In this document: positions 32,601-45,466 of the stretch, piece after piece
Layout: each line of letters opens with the position of its first letter
How positions within the stretch are numbered: position 1 is the stretch's first letter
Assembly (NCBI GenBank): GCA_964057225.1
Contig: OZ059897.1
Coordinates: 10,788,001 to 10,852,000 of the forward strand
Length of the DNA stretch: 64,000 bases
Source of the DNA: Auanema rhodensis
Lineage: Eukaryota; Animalia; Nematoda
Direction of reading: 5' to 3'
Translations under genes and position numbers: made by a program
Notes under the pieces: generated by a model
Seen by the model: the letters and a program-made list of their open reading frames with translations, nothing else
What the model was told of the DNA's origin: nothing
Databases searched by the model: none

Positions 32601-35600
32601 GTTTTGAAATTTAAATGCTATAAACATATTGCTTGCTTGTCATGTTAGATTTCTTTAATTTGAATACTTATTCAAGTTATAACAATTTTTGATTTAATCA
32701 CGTTCAATTAACTGTATTGGTTTCAAAAATAAAGACATCTTTCAATTTCTGGTCATTGAATTAGAATTTTCATGTTGTCACACAGAAATTGAAGAATCTT
32801 AGTTCATTTCAGTAACAATGAACACACTAACTTTGTTAAGTTGTTGTAATATCGGCCCAAGTACTATAGTGGTTAGTACTCCACGTTGTGGCCGTGGCGA
32901 CACAGGTTCGATTCCTGTCTTGGGCATTTTTTGTTTTGAAATTTAAATGCTATAAAATTATTGCTTGCTTGTCATGTTAGATTTGTTTAATTCAAATACT
33001 TATTTAAGTTCTAACAATTTTTGATTTAATCACGTTCAATTAACTGTATTGTTTTCAAAAATAAAGACATCTTTCAATTTCTGGTCATTGAATTAGAATT
33101 TTCATGTTGTCACACAGGAAATGAAGAATCTTAGTTCATTTCAGTAACAATGAACACAATAATTTTGTTTAGTTTGTAATACCGGCCCAAGTAGTATAGT
33201 GGTTAGTACTCCACGTTGTGGCCGTGGCGACACAGGTTCGATTCCTGTCTTGGGCATTTTTTGTTTTGAAATTAAAATGCTATAAAATTATTGCTTGCTT
33301 GTCTTGTTAGATTTGTTAAATTCAAATACTTATTTAAGTTCTAACAATTTTCGATTTAATCACGTTCAATCAACTGTATTGTTTTCAAAAATAAAGACAA
33401 AATTCAATTTCTGTTCGTTGAATTAGAATTTTCATGTTGTCACACAGAAATTGAAGAATCTTAGTTCAATTCAGTAACAACGAACACACTAACTTTGTTA
33501 AGTTGTTGTAATATCGGCCCAAGTAATATAGTGGTTAGTACTCCACGTTGTGGCCGTGGCGACACAGATTCGATTCCTGTCTTGGGCATTTTTTGTTTTG
33601 AAATTAAAATGCTACAAAATTATTGCTTGCTTGTCATGTTAGATTTGTTTAATTCAAATACTTATTTAAGTTCTAACAATTATCGATTTAATCACGTTCA
33701 ATCAACTGTATTGTTTTCAAAAATAAAGACATCTTTCAATTTCTGGTCATTGAATTAGAATTTTCATGTTGTCACACAGAAATTGAAGAATCTTAGTTCA
33801 ATTCAGTAACAATGAACACACTAACTTTGTTAAGTTGTTGTAATATCGGCCCAAGTAGTATAGTGGTTAGTACTCCACGTTGTGGCCGTGGCGACACAGG
33901 TTCGATTCCTGTCTTGGGCATTTTTTGTTTTGAAATTTAAATGCTATAAACATATTGCTTGCTTGTCATGTTAGATTTCTTTAATTTGAATACTTATTCA
34001 AGTTATAACAATTTTTGATTTAATCACGTTCAATTAACTGTATTGTTTTCAAAAATAAAGACATCTTTCAATTTCTGGTCATTGAATTAGAATTTTCATG
34101 TTGTCACACAGAAATTGAAGAATCTTAGTTCATTTCAGTAACAATGAACACACTAACTTTGTTAAGTTGTTGTAATATCGGCCCAAGTACTATAGTGGTT
34201 AGTACTCCACGTTGTGGCCGTGGCGACACAGGTTCGATTCCTGTCTTGGGCATTTTTTGTTTTGAAATTTAAATGCTATAAAATTATTGCTTGCTTGTCA
34301 TGTTAGATTTGTTTAATTCAAATACTTATTTAAGTTCTAACAATTTTTGATTTAATCACGTTCAATTAACTGTATTGTTTTCAAAAATAAAGACATCTTT
34401 CAATTTCTGGTCATTGAATTAGAATTTTCATGTTGTCACACAGGAAATGAAGAATCTTAGTTCATTTCAGTAACAATGAACACAATAATTTTGTTTAGTT
34501 TGTAATACCGGCCCAAGTAGTATAGTGGTTAGTACTCCACGTTGTGGCCGTGGCGACACAGGTTCGATTCCTGTCTTGGGCATTTTTTGTTTTAAAATTT
34601 AAATGCTATAAAATTATTGCTTGCTTGTCATGTTAGATTTGTTTAATTTAAATACTCATTTAAGTTCCAACAATTTTCGATTAAATCACGTTCATTTAAC
34701 TGTATTGTTTTCAAAAATAAAGACAAAATTCAATTTCTGTTCATTGAATTAGAATTTTCATGTTGTCACACAGAAATTGAAGAATCTTAGTTCATTTCAG
34801 TAACAATGAACACACTATCTTTGTTAAGTTGTTGTAATATCGGCCCAAGTAGTATAGTGATTAGTACTCCACGTTGTGGCCGTGGCGACACAGGTTCGAT
34901 TCCTGTCTTGGGCATTTTTTGTTTTGAAATTTAAATGCTATAAAATTATTGCTCGCTTGTCATGTTAGATTTGTTTAATTCAAATACTTATTTAAGTTCT
35001 AACAATTTTTGATTTAATCACGTTCAATTAACTGTATTGTTTTCAAAAATAAAGACAAAATTCAATTTCTGTTCATTGAATTAGAATTTTCATGTTGTCA
35101 CACAGAAATTGAAGAATCTTAGTTCATTTCAGTAACAATGAACACACTAACTTTGTTAAGTTGTTGTAATATCGGCCCAAGTAGTATAGTGGTTAGTACT
35201 CCACGTTGTGGCCGTGGCGACACAGGTTCGATTCCTGTCTTGGGCATTTTTTGTTTTGAAATTTAAATGCTATAAACATATTGCTTGCTTGTCATGTTAG
35301 ATTTCTTTAATTTGAATACTTATTCAAGTTATAACAATTTTTGATTTAATCACGTTCAATTAACTGTATTGTTTTCAAAAATAAAGACATCTTTCAATTT
35401 CTGGTCATTGAATTAGAATTTTCATGTTGTCACACAGAAATTGAAGAATCTTAGTTCATTTCAGTAACAATGAACACACTAACTTTGTTAAGTTGTTGTA
35501 ATATCGGCTCAAGTAGTATAGTGGTTAGTACTCCACGTTGTGGCCGTGGCGACACAGGTTCGATTCCTGTCTTGGGCATTTTTTGTTTTGAAATTAAAAT

Positions 35601-37816
35601 GCTATAAAATTATTGCTTGCTTGTCTTGTTAGATTTCTTTAATTTGAATACTTATTCAAGTTATAACAATTTTCGATTTAATCACGTTCAATCAACTGTA
35701 TTGTTTTCAAAAATAAAGACATCTTTCAATTTCTGGTCATTGAATTAGAATTTTCATGTTGTCACACAGAAATTGAAGAATCTTAGTTCATTTCAGTAAC
35801 AATGAACACACTAACTTTGTTAAGTTGTTGTAATATCGGCCCAAGTAGTATAGTGGTTAGTACTCCACGTTGTGGCCGTGGCGACACAGGTTCGATTCCT
35901 GTCTTGGGCATTTTTTGTTTTGAAATTAAAATGCTATAAAATTATTGCTTGCTTGTCTTGTTAGATTTCTTTAATTTGAATACTTATTCAAGTTATAACA
36001 ATTTTCGATTTAATCACGTTCAATCAACTGTATTGTTTTCAAAAATAAAGACATCTTTCAATTTCTGGTCATTGAATTAGAATTTTCATGTTGTCACACA
36101 GAAATTGAAGAATCTTAGTTCATTTCAGTAACAATGAACACACTAACTTTGTTAAATTGTTGTAATATCGGCCCAAGTAGTATATTGGTTAGTACTCCAC
36201 GTTGTGGCCGTGGCGACACAGGTTCGATTCCTGTCTTGGGCATTTTTTGTTTTGAAATTAAAATGCTATAAAATTATTGCTTGCTTGTCTTGTTAGATTT
36301 GTTAAATTCAAATACTTATTTAAGTTCTAACAATTTTCGATTTAATCACGTTCAATCAACTGTATTGTTTTCAAAAATAAAGACAAAATTCAATTTCTGT
36401 TCGTTGAATTAGAATTTTCATGTTGTCACACAGAAATTGAAGAATCTTAGTTCAATTCAGTAACAACGAACACACTAACTTTGTTAAGTTGTTGTAATAT
36501 CGGCCCAAGTAATATAGTGGTTAGTACTCCACGTTGTGGCCGTGGCGACACAGATTCGATTCCTGTCTTGGGCATTTTTTGTTTTGAAATTAAAATGCTA
36601 CAAAATTATTGCTTGCTTGTCATGTTAGATTTGTTTAATTCAAATACTTATTTAAGTTCTAACAATTATCGATTTAATCACGTTCAATCAACTGTATTGT
36701 TTTCAAAAATAAAGACATCTTTCAATTTCTGGTCATTGAATTAGAATTTTCATGTTGTCACACAGAAATTGAAGAATCTTAGTTCAATTCAGTAACAATG
36801 AACACACTAACTTTGTTAAGTTGTTGTAATATCGGCCCAAGTAGTATAGTGGTTAGTACTCCACGTTGTGGCCGTGGCGACACAGGTTCGATTCCTGTCT
36901 TGGGCATTTTTTGTTTTGAAATTTAAATGCTATAAACATATTGCTTGCTTGTCATGTTAGATTTCTTTAATTTGAATACTTATTCAAGTTATAACAATTT
37001 TTGATTTAATCACGTTCAATTAACTGTATTGTTTTCAAAAATAAAGACATCTTTCAATTTCTGGTCATTGAATTAGAATTTTCATGTTGTCACACAGAAA
37101 TTGAAGAATCTTAGTTCATTTCAGTAACAATGAACACACTAACTTTGTTAAGTTGTTGTAATATCGGCCCAAGTACTATAGTGGTTAGTACTCCACGTTG
37201 TGGCCGTGGCGACACAGGTTCGATTCCTGTCTTGGGCATTTTTTGTTTTGAAATTTAAATGCTATAAAATTATTGCTTGCTTGTCATGTTAGATTTGTTT
37301 AATTCAAATACTTATTTAAGTTCTAACAATTTTTGATTTAATCACGTTCAATTAACTGTATTGTTTTCAAAAATAAAGACATCTTTCAATTTCTGGTCAT
37401 TGAATTAGAATTTTCATGTTGTCACACAGGAAATGAAGAATCTTAGTTCATTTCAGTAACAATGAACACAATAATTTTGTTTAGTTTGTAATACCGGCCC
37501 AAGTAGTATAGTGGTTAGTACTCCACGTTGTGGCCGTGGCGACACAGGTTCGATTCCTGTCTTGGGCATTTTTTGTTTTGAAATTTAAATGCTATAAAAT
37601 TATTGCTTGCTTGTCATGTTAGATTTGTTTAATTCAAATAATTATTTAAGTTCTAACAATTTTTGATTTAATCACGTTCAATTAACTGTATTGTTTTCAA
37701 AAATAAAGACATCTTTCAATTTCTGGTCATTGAATTAGAATTTTCATGTTGTCACACAGGAAATGAAGAATCTTAGTTGATTTCAGTAACAATGAACACA
37801 ATAATTTTGTTTAGTT

Positions 37817-38112
37817 TGTCGCTTCGGCGAAGGTATTCGGTTGTGGGTATTCCGCTGAGAATTAATAGAACAGATAGTCAGTGGTAGAATGCTTTATTAA
37901 AGAATTAACAATTCAACAAATAATAGATCGTCTATAGTCCGTTGAGCTTTGGTTGAGGTATATCGTATTTTCCGATCCCAAGGATGAAGATATGGGAAGG
38001 CGGGCCGAAAAGTACAATCTGAAATAGACAAAGTAAAGGAAAACGATAAAAACAAAACTGAAATGGAACAAAACATAGAAAAAAGGATAAAAAATAATCG
38101 CTAACCGCGACA
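37817..38112 (-). repeat. 3' LTR of copy 2
   Basis: Identical to 16927-17222 by eye. Confidence 0.96.
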
Positions 38113-38124
38113 CTGCCGCCGCAG

Positions 38125-38610
38125 CTAAGCCATTGGCCTTTTGCGACGTTGTCCGTCGCATAATGACCCATGATGCTTATCAGAGTTGCATTTGTAGCAG
38201 TTAGTGCTACAGGGATGCTCGTGTAGAGCCGATAAGCATCGTAAGCATAATTTCAATTGATGAGCGCGGATTCCACGCTCCATAACAGATGAATAGATGG
38301 GACAATTGCCTGTGCGGTAACCATCAGTAGTCACCTGATCGCAAAATAGGCAAGTTTTCGTTGGTTGCGTTTGTAATCGAATCAAATTCTGATTTTCATT
38401 CAGAATTTTCATAGCTTCAGAAATGATTCTGAAGTGATTGTCCAAATACTCACTCATGTATTGGAACTTTCGATTCAAACGATTTTCAACGAGAACAAGA
38501 GTTCGAATAGAGGTAGGAAGGTTAGAATAGGAAGGATCTTTCAATTCTTCCTCAAAAGATGGTTCATTATGAACTGTAATAGAATGTTCAATGTTAAAAT
38601 CTTCTATCAA
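38125..38610 (-). CDS. 3' accessory Zn-knuckle ORF, copy 2
   Basis: Protein identical to 17235-17720. Confidence 0.75.
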   Translation of the reverse strand: MIEDFNIEHSITVHNEPSFEEELKDPSYSNLPTSIRTLVLVENRLNRKFQYMSEYLDNHFRIISEAMKILNENQNLIRLQTQPTKTCLFCDQVTTDGYRTGNCPIYSSVMERGIRAHQLKLCLRCLSALHEHPCSTNCYKCNSDKHHGSLCDGQRRKRPMA

Positions 38611-39007
38611 AACAAAGATTTCTAAGAATAAAGAAAAACTTGGTTGTTGTATCTTTTATGATTTTTATAGTACGGAAAGCTGTGATCAAGAAAAAATAAA
38701 TGGCTGGAGTACAACCTAGGTATCCCAAAAAACATATGAGGATCAGAAAAACAACGCAGATTAAAAACATCATCCAGTGTTCTTTAAAAAGTTTCAAAAA
38801 AGGAATTATGTCAGGTATTATAACTGAATTCTGATTTGAATGAATTTCATTAGGTTCACTAGTAGATGAATTAAAATATAATTGTCCCGTTACAATTATA
38901 TCAATTTTTTCATGATTACATTTAGTATGACAAACTTCATTTATAATTGAATTATCTCTTTTAATATTGATATTTGTAATTTCATTGAAGGGTGAACATT
39001 TAATCAT
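38594..39007 (-). CDS. env: Env Gc C-terminal fragment with TM, copy 2
   Basis: As 17704-18117; separated from upstream env by TAA at 39038-39040. Confidence 0.8.
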   Translation of the reverse strand: MIKCSPFNEITNINIKRDNSIINEVCHTKCNHEKIDIIVTGQLYFNSSTSEPNEIHSNQNSVIIPDIIPFLKLFKEHWMMFLICVVFLILICFLGYLGCTPAIYFFLITAFRTIKIIKDTTTKFFFILRNLCFDRRF

Positions 39008-39037
39008 GAATACATCTTTTGAACACTCGATCGGTAT

Positions 39038-42016
39038 TTATGTTTCTTTAGATGACATACAAGAAAACAATGCAGATGCACCCTGCCCACAAAAATAACA
39101 TCCGGAGAGACTGATCAATAAGGGACGACAAGGTATATCATAGGAAAATGTATTACTGTCATATAAAAGTTCAGAATCAATTGAAACTGTAGTTTCATCA
39201 GACTGAGTTCGAAAAGTTAAGGATGTATCGGGTTTATAGATTGTTTCCGTGTTTGCCACATACGGAGGTAAAATATGAGAAAAATGTGTGAAATTATGTT
39301 GTGGACATATACAGCCAACAACATCGTTATTGATTTTGTTACAAGTACAATCGATAACCGTTGTACATCTTGAAAAATTGTCGGAAGTGTCTGCCTTCGA
39401 AATACATTGTACCATAAATGGAAAATGTGGTTCAACAGCAAAGATTTGATTGTTTGAAGCAACAAAATAATAATTATGAAGTGGAGTAGGAGGTTTGTCT
39501 TGTGTATTGATCGTCATATTGAAAAAAGAGTAATTCATCTTCAAATATGGTGGAATTGTGATATTATAAATATTTTTATCTTTAACAATATGTGTTGTAA
39601 TTTCAAAAGTTGAAGATGTTGTCCAATCTTCACATTTAAATACTTCAAATATGTCGTCCGAAGTAGGTACATGTTCTAATTTGTAGAAAAGACAAGGGTT
39701 TTCCCAAAATGTCAAACAACGCCATATATGTGCTGAAGATCGGACACATTTGGATTGTGTTGGATAATTATATGGTTCGAATTCAGAAATACGAGAGCGA
39801 TGATTCATAGTTTCACAAGTTTGATCACAAGATCCCATATGAGCACATCGAAAATCAACGGTTAGTTTAGGCAAAGTAGCCTTTGTAAAAAATTTTGTGG
39901 TTTTCTTACATTCAAAACTTGTATATAATTTTCGAATTTGAATATAACCAATAGAATGATTTTTAAATTTTATATCCAGGCATAAATCTTTAACTCCAGG
40001 AGAAAAAACTATTTGATCACTATATTGGTGATAACATTGAGTACGATTCAGACAATGTGTAGAAACTGAATGAATAACGTGATGATCGGTACAAGCAGTA
40101 GCATTATTGATAAAAAATATTGTAAGTATACTGATAATTGATAATCGAGAACCTCTTTTCCAAAATAGAGGATATAATTTAGGTTCTATATGTGGAATAT
40201 TTTCAGATGAAATTGGAGGAGGTTCAATAACTCCTAATTCGATATCATTCTGTTCCGGAGTATGAGGTCTATATGTGAAAAAAGAAGATATGTAACGAAT
40301 AGTATTAGACCAGGAATTATATCGATATTGATGGAATCCTATGCGTATACAACAACAAAGGATGCCAAATAAACAACAAAGTGGTAAGAACAATGACCAC
40401 ATGGCAAGATGAGGAGCACAATGTGGGTTTCCAAGCAAATGTATGGATAAAAACTTTGCCTCATCACATACTACAGAATTTACAGATGCTACGGGTAAAA
40501 ATATCGATATTATTGTAAAAATTAAAATTGCAGACGTCATTGCTGATTTGAAATTCTTTCGCGAAGCGTATGTGATGTGATTCCGTAAAGGTAAGGTGCG
40601 AACACGGTTTGCGTTTGTTTCAGTAGATGGTTTTACGTCGTTTTGGTCAATGGTAGGCAAAATTATGGTTTGTTTTGCTTTACTTGTGTTTTTCTTTTGT
40701 AATTTTTTACGATTATCGTCAGGCGTATGACCTGGACCCCATAATTGTAATTCAGCTTCTTCCTCAAGGATCGGATTATGTATCGAAGAAATTTTGGACG
40801 TAGGTATGTAAATTTTTTGAGGATTATTAATATCTATTGGTTCAGGACATGTAACCACATTGTTCGTTTCATGGATTGAAGGTACAGGTGAGTTTGATTT
40901 TATAATATATTCCTGTATTGGTTGAGCATCAAGGTTCATCATATCCGAAGCAGATCCTACCTTCAAAGACAATGAAGTGTCTTCGGAAGGAGTAGATTGA
41001 GGAATTGATGTCATATCAGGTAAAACACTTCGTAATTCAAGTGGATATAGATGATTTAAGGAACGAGATATGATGTTCCCAGCTGGAGTGAGAACTTTAG
41101 CTGTACGAATGAATCCATCAGAACTACTTATAAGTTCTGTGATTCGACCAAGTTTCCATTGACCACGAGGTGAGTTATCATTATGTATAACTACAATTTC
41201 ACCAATATTAGGTTTATTGGCATTTGCTGAAGGTTGTTTTCGGGAATGTTTGTATATATCACGAATATATATCAAATATTCTGTTTGAAATTTATCCCAA
41301 AACATCGTAGCTGCATCAGAAGTAAGTTGTAAAGTTTCTAATGCTTGTTCAACGTTTTGTATTACAGGAATATCAATGGAATTATTATAAACTTGAGAAC
41401 CACAATTATCCGGTAGGGAAAGAACAAGACCAGGCGAAATGAAATCGACAGGACGAATAGGTACGTGATTTATATTATTTAGATCTGGATGTGTTAAAGG
41501 CCTTGTGTTAATGACTGCTTCAATTTTGACAATTAAAGTTAATAATTTATCAAATGTTAATTTATTTCGTTGTATTGCCTTTTTCATTGCATTTTTAGTA
41601 ATTCCCACCATTCTTTCCCAAGAACCTCCTTTCCATGGAGACTTAGGTGTGTTAAAGAGCCAATTTATGTTATTTTTGGCTAGATGGACTACAATATCAG
41701 CTGGGGTGAAATTAAATTCAGCTGATTTTTGTATTGTCTCAATTAATTGAGCTCCGAGAATAAAATTACCCCCACAATCACTTCGCATTGTGGTTGGTAA
41801 ACCTCGTCGGGCTATGAAACGAGTGAAAGCGTTCATAAATGAAGTCGCTGTTTGATCATAGACCATTTCAAAATGAATGGCACGTATGGTTAAGCAAGTA
41901 AAAAGACATACATAGACCTTATGTCCACTTTTAAGCATAATAGGTCCAAATAAGTCGCAACCAGTGTTAAGAAATGGTTTAGTTAATATCACTCTATCTT
42001 TAGGCAATGAAGGCAT
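39038..42016 (-). CDS. Integrase-envelope in-frame fusion fragment, copy 2
   Basis: 992 aa; DDE integrase runs directly into signal peptide/Gn stub/Gc (TTA Leu at 40748-40750 where copy 1 has TAA). Confidence 0.92.
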   Translation of the reverse strand: MPSLPKDRVILTKPFLNTGCDLFGPIMLKSGHKVYVCLFTCLTIRAIHFEMVYDQTATSFMNAFTRFIARRGLPTTMRSDCGGNFILGAQLIETIQKSAEFNFTPADIVVHLAKNNINWLFNTPKSPWKGGSWERMVGITKNAMKKAIQRNKLTFDKLLTLIVKIEAVINTRPLTHPDLNNINHVPIRPVDFISPGLVLSLPDNCGSQVYNNSIDIPVIQNVEQALETLQLTSDAATMFWDKFQTEYLIYIRDIYKHSRKQPSANANKPNIGEIVVIHNDNSPRGQWKLGRITELISSSDGFIRTAKVLTPAGNIISRSLNHLYPLELRSVLPDMTSIPQSTPSEDTSLSLKVGSASDMMNLDAQPIQEYIIKSNSPVPSIHETNNVVTCPEPIDINNPQKIYIPTSKISSIHNPILEEEAELQLWGPGHTPDDNRKKLQKKNTSKAKQTIILPTIDQNDVKPSTETNANRVRTLPLRNHITYASRKNFKSAMTSAILIFTIISIFLPVASVNSVVCDEAKFLSIHLLGNPHCAPHLAMWSLFLPLCCLFGILCCCIRIGFHQYRYNSWSNTIRYISSFFTYRPHTPEQNDIELGVIEPPPISSENIPHIEPKLYPLFWKRGSRLSIISILTIFFINNATACTDHHVIHSVSTHCLNRTQCYHQYSDQIVFSPGVKDLCLDIKFKNHSIGYIQIRKLYTSFECKKTTKFFTKATLPKLTVDFRCAHMGSCDQTCETMNHRSRISEFEPYNYPTQSKCVRSSAHIWRCLTFWENPCLFYKLEHVPTSDDIFEVFKCEDWTTSSTFEITTHIVKDKNIYNITIPPYLKMNYSFFNMTINTQDKPPTPLHNYYFVASNNQIFAVEPHFPFMVQCISKADTSDNFSRCTTVIDCTCNKINNDVVGCICPQHNFTHFSHILPPYVANTETIYKPDTSLTFRTQSDETTVSIDSELLYDSNTFSYDIPCRPLLISLSGCYFCGQGASALFSCMSSKET

Positions 42017-42055
42017 ATCAGGAGTGCCATATGGTAAAGATTGATATTTATTGCA

Positions 42056-45000
42056 TTAATGACATCTCTTTAAAGTTTGTTTTATAATTGCTGCAGCGCG
42101 AGCAATAAAATAAGTTTGACGAAGATGTGTGATCAAAAATTCTTTTCCTTGATGAAAAGATGCGCGATGAGCGTCCATAATTATGTGTTGAGTGAATAAT
42201 GAGTTGCGAGGAAGATAAATTGGGTTTTTTGTATCATAGGATAGTAAAGAATTTTGTAATCGGCTTCTTACTCGAATTATCTCGTTATCATAATGATAGA
42301 AATGATAACCAGGATATTGTCGTCGTAAATCATCAATAATGAGATGATCTTGAGCTTGTCGAATTAAAATAGTACGTATTATCTTCAAATCAGTTGTTAA
42401 AACGGGATATGATGTTGATATTTGTGAAATATTCCGTAATTTATGTCCATTTTGATTTTTAAATGTTTTTAAATGCCAAATTTTTATAATTTTAGCCAAA
42501 CGGGCTAACAAACGTAAAGTTGCAAAATGACCGTTATGATAAGCTAGGTTATGTTCCAAGGGTACAGATATAGCTTGAGCTATAAGTAATGATACAGGTG
42601 AAACATGCATCACTTGCAAGGAACCATATGGTGTTAAAGCTTGAACGGTTCTGTTAAGAATCCGCTGTGGTCCAAGAAGCCACATAGATTCCTGAAGTTG
42701 ATATTTATTGGCTCCTCGTGAACCAATGTCAGCCGGATTATAATCCGTAGTAACATGGTAAAATTGAACATTAATCGAATGTTCTTCTAATACACGGGTC
42801 ATATGTTGTACATTTTGAACTTGTTTTGCTATGAAGTCAGGTAATTGCTTATTTGTTAAAATCCATGATAACGCAATGCTGCTATCACTTACAATATTTA
42901 GTTTTTTACATGGTAATTCCATTAATATTGTGTGAGAAAGTCTCATAGCTAATCGAATAGCTAAGAGTTCCATGCGTGAAATTGTAATTGGTGTTTTAGG
43001 AGATAAGCGGCTTTTACCTGCTAGAATAGAACTCATTTTGTTGTTTGTCTGTATGTAAGCACACACAGCTAACGCTGTTGAACTAGCGTCAGCAAAGACC
43101 CATAATGTACCTTCTTCAATAGATGGTGATAGTACACGAGGTACAGTAATCTTAGCATAATTAATCTCGTTAATTATTGATGTCCAAGAGGCTGATAATT
43201 CAGAAGGTATAGTATCATCCCATTCTGTTTTAAGTGCAAAAATATCTCTAAGAATAACCTTCAAGGGTAAAATTAATGGATTTGTTATACCAAAAGGATC
43301 ATAAACTGAATGTAATTGTTGTAATGCGTTTCGTTTGGTTACTGTTGAGAGTTCCGGTATATTGAATCGAATTGAAAGGGAATCACTTAGAGCATTATAA
43401 GGTACTCCAAGAATTTTTAGTGGACAATCAGAGAGAATATCATCTTTATGAAGGTGCTGAAGAGCTTCTGACTTATTCGATGCGAATTCACAAACATGCA
43501 TCGAAATATTTTGAAATAATTGTTGTGTAAGTGAACATTTCTGTTGAGCTTCATCTATACTATCAGCAAATAATAGAATATTATCTACATATAATGTATT
43601 TAATAATTCATCTGATAAGTCAGTATTCAAAGAGCTTAAATACCAATTTACACTCATGTTTAGAACGCTAGGTGAGGCAGTCAATCCAAATGGTATGCGT
43701 TTGAATCGAAAAACCTTAGTATTACTTGAGTTACAACTTCCTTGAGGATCCTTTACCCAAAAGAAACGGCAAAGATCCCGATGTTGCTTCTGTAAGCCTA
43801 CTTGTGAAAAGGCTGATTGAATATCACAAGTAATAATGATTGGTTTTATTCTGGAAGCAATGAGAATGTTGAAAATATTGTTCACAAAACTTTTTCCAGT
43901 ATATAGTATGTCGTTAAGGGATAATTTACCCTTAGTTTTAGCTGAAGCATCGAAAACAACTCGTAAAGGTTTATTCGGCTTGTTTGTATTCCATACCCCA
44001 TGATGTGGAATATAATGACATATAATATCAGAATTATGATTATTGTTGGAAGTTTCAAAAGGAACTTCTTCAATGATACCGTTATCGATATAATCATCAA
44101 TAATTTTACTGTACATTTCCAATTTCGAAGGATTTGCTTGTAAAGTTTTGAACAATGCCAAAAATCGATAAAAGGCTAAACCTTTATTATCTGGTAATTG
44201 ATGATAATTTGATTTCAATGGTAAAGGAGCTTCAATACGATGATTGGTTAGTGTCAACTGTTTTGAATAATCTTCGTAATAATCAATAGTTGTGTCAATT
44301 CCAGCTTCAGAAATATTAATTCCTAAGCTATCAATTTCAAATATGTATCGAAGCATATCATTATGTTGTAATGGTTTATCATTAATTGTTATTAACGTAA
44401 CAGAATGATTTTGATATGGTATTTCCCCATACAAGGTATAACCGAAACTGGTATTCTGCATTCTTAATGTAGAAGGTAACTCAAGTTCAGAATTCATATG
44501 AACGAATAACTTATAGCGATCTAATCCAATTAGAATATCTGGTTCAAATGCCTGACCATCAATCATTGGATTAGCTAAAGTTATATTGTTTCTTTTAATG
44601 AATGAACGATCATTATTGTCTAAAAGTGGAGCTCTTAATGATGTAGCTATGAATGGTTTCGTAAGCATGTTGGTTATGATGATACTGCCATTAAAAGTAT
44701 AAAAAATAGTTTTCACTTCTTTACATTCATGTGTTTCGCTGAGGCCACCTATTCCAAAGAATGTGCGATGTTGAACTTTGTTAATAGGCAATTGAAGATC
44801 CTTAGCTCTACGTAGATCCTTAGCACTACGTATGAAAGACCGCATTGAGCCACTGTCAATCACTACCTTTACTGTGATATATTTATTTTGTGTGTAACTG
44901 AATATATGTGTCATAGCTGTTTTCAATACAATTTGACTCATCTCGATATCATGGGTATCCTCGGTATGTGTAAGCAATTGTAATTGTGTATTCTTAGGTT

Positions 45001-45154
45001 CAGTAACTATTAATGTTACTGGTAGATGATTGAAAAATGCTGGTTGTACTGTAGGTACTGTTTGTGTTACAGTTGGTGTAGAAATGATGTCATTTTTATT
45101 TTGTGAGACTGTAAGGTCTGGAGTTTGTTGTCCTGCACTTTCTGTTATGATCAT
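42056..45154 (-). CDS. pol: Protease-RT-RNase H, copy 2
   Basis: Same motifs as 21166-24264. Confidence 0.95.
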   Translation of the reverse strand: MIITESAGQQTPDLTVSQNKNDIISTPTVTQTVPTVQPAFFNHLPVTLIVTEPKNTQLQLLTHTEDTHDIEMSQIVLKTAMTHIFSYTQNKYITVKVVIDSGSMRSFIRSAKDLRRAKDLQLPINKVQHRTFFGIGGLSETHECKEVKTIFYTFNGSIIITNMLTKPFIATSLRAPLLDNNDRSFIKRNNITLANPMIDGQAFEPDILIGLDRYKLFVHMNSELELPSTLRMQNTSFGYTLYGEIPYQNHSVTLITINDKPLQHNDMLRYIFEIDSLGINISEAGIDTTIDYYEDYSKQLTLTNHRIEAPLPLKSNYHQLPDNKGLAFYRFLALFKTLQANPSKLEMYSKIIDDYIDNGIIEEVPFETSNNNHNSDIICHYIPHHGVWNTNKPNKPLRVVFDASAKTKGKLSLNDILYTGKSFVNNIFNILIASRIKPIIITCDIQSAFSQVGLQKQHRDLCRFFWVKDPQGSCNSSNTKVFRFKRIPFGLTASPSVLNMSVNWYLSSLNTDLSDELLNTLYVDNILLFADSIDEAQQKCSLTQQLFQNISMHVCEFASNKSEALQHLHKDDILSDCPLKILGVPYNALSDSLSIRFNIPELSTVTKRNALQQLHSVYDPFGITNPLILPLKVILRDIFALKTEWDDTIPSELSASWTSIINEINYAKITVPRVLSPSIEEGTLWVFADASSTALAVCAYIQTNNKMSSILAGKSRLSPKTPITISRMELLAIRLAMRLSHTILMELPCKKLNIVSDSSIALSWILTNKQLPDFIAKQVQNVQHMTRVLEEHSINVQFYHVTTDYNPADIGSRGANKYQLQESMWLLGPQRILNRTVQALTPYGSLQVMHVSPVSLLIAQAISVPLEHNLAYHNGHFATLRLLARLAKIIKIWHLKTFKNQNGHKLRNISQISTSYPVLTTDLKIIRTILIRQAQDHLIIDDLRRQYPGYHFYHYDNEIIRVRSRLQNSLLSYDTKNPIYLPRNSLFTQHIIMDAHRASFHQGKEFLITHLRQTYFIARAAAIIKQTLKRCH

Positions 45155-45466
45155 GCTTGTGGACGATATAGGTTTTACAGGACTCTTTGTTTCACGATCT
45201 AAATTTAGACATAAGCAACTGTTGTGTTCATTTTTGCATTTCGGGCATTTCGGTCGAGAACAATCACGACTGCGATGTGAAGTAGAGAAACAAAGCCAGC
45301 ATACTTCTTTGTTCTTTAAGATTTCACGTTTTTTCTGTGGTGTGTCATAAGTACGGCAATAATAAGATGGATGTCCTTCTTTACCACAAAAAACACAAGT
45401 CCAAATCTTTTTAGTGGATTTGTCGAAAGTTTTATCAACATGTTTTCCACGATTTGGTGAATTATG

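Larger units (their letters stand above)
26209..37816 (+). repeat. Tandem tRNA-His(GTG) array, block 2 (~35 units)
   Basis: Units at 26224, 26550, 26882 ... 37497. Confidence 0.98.
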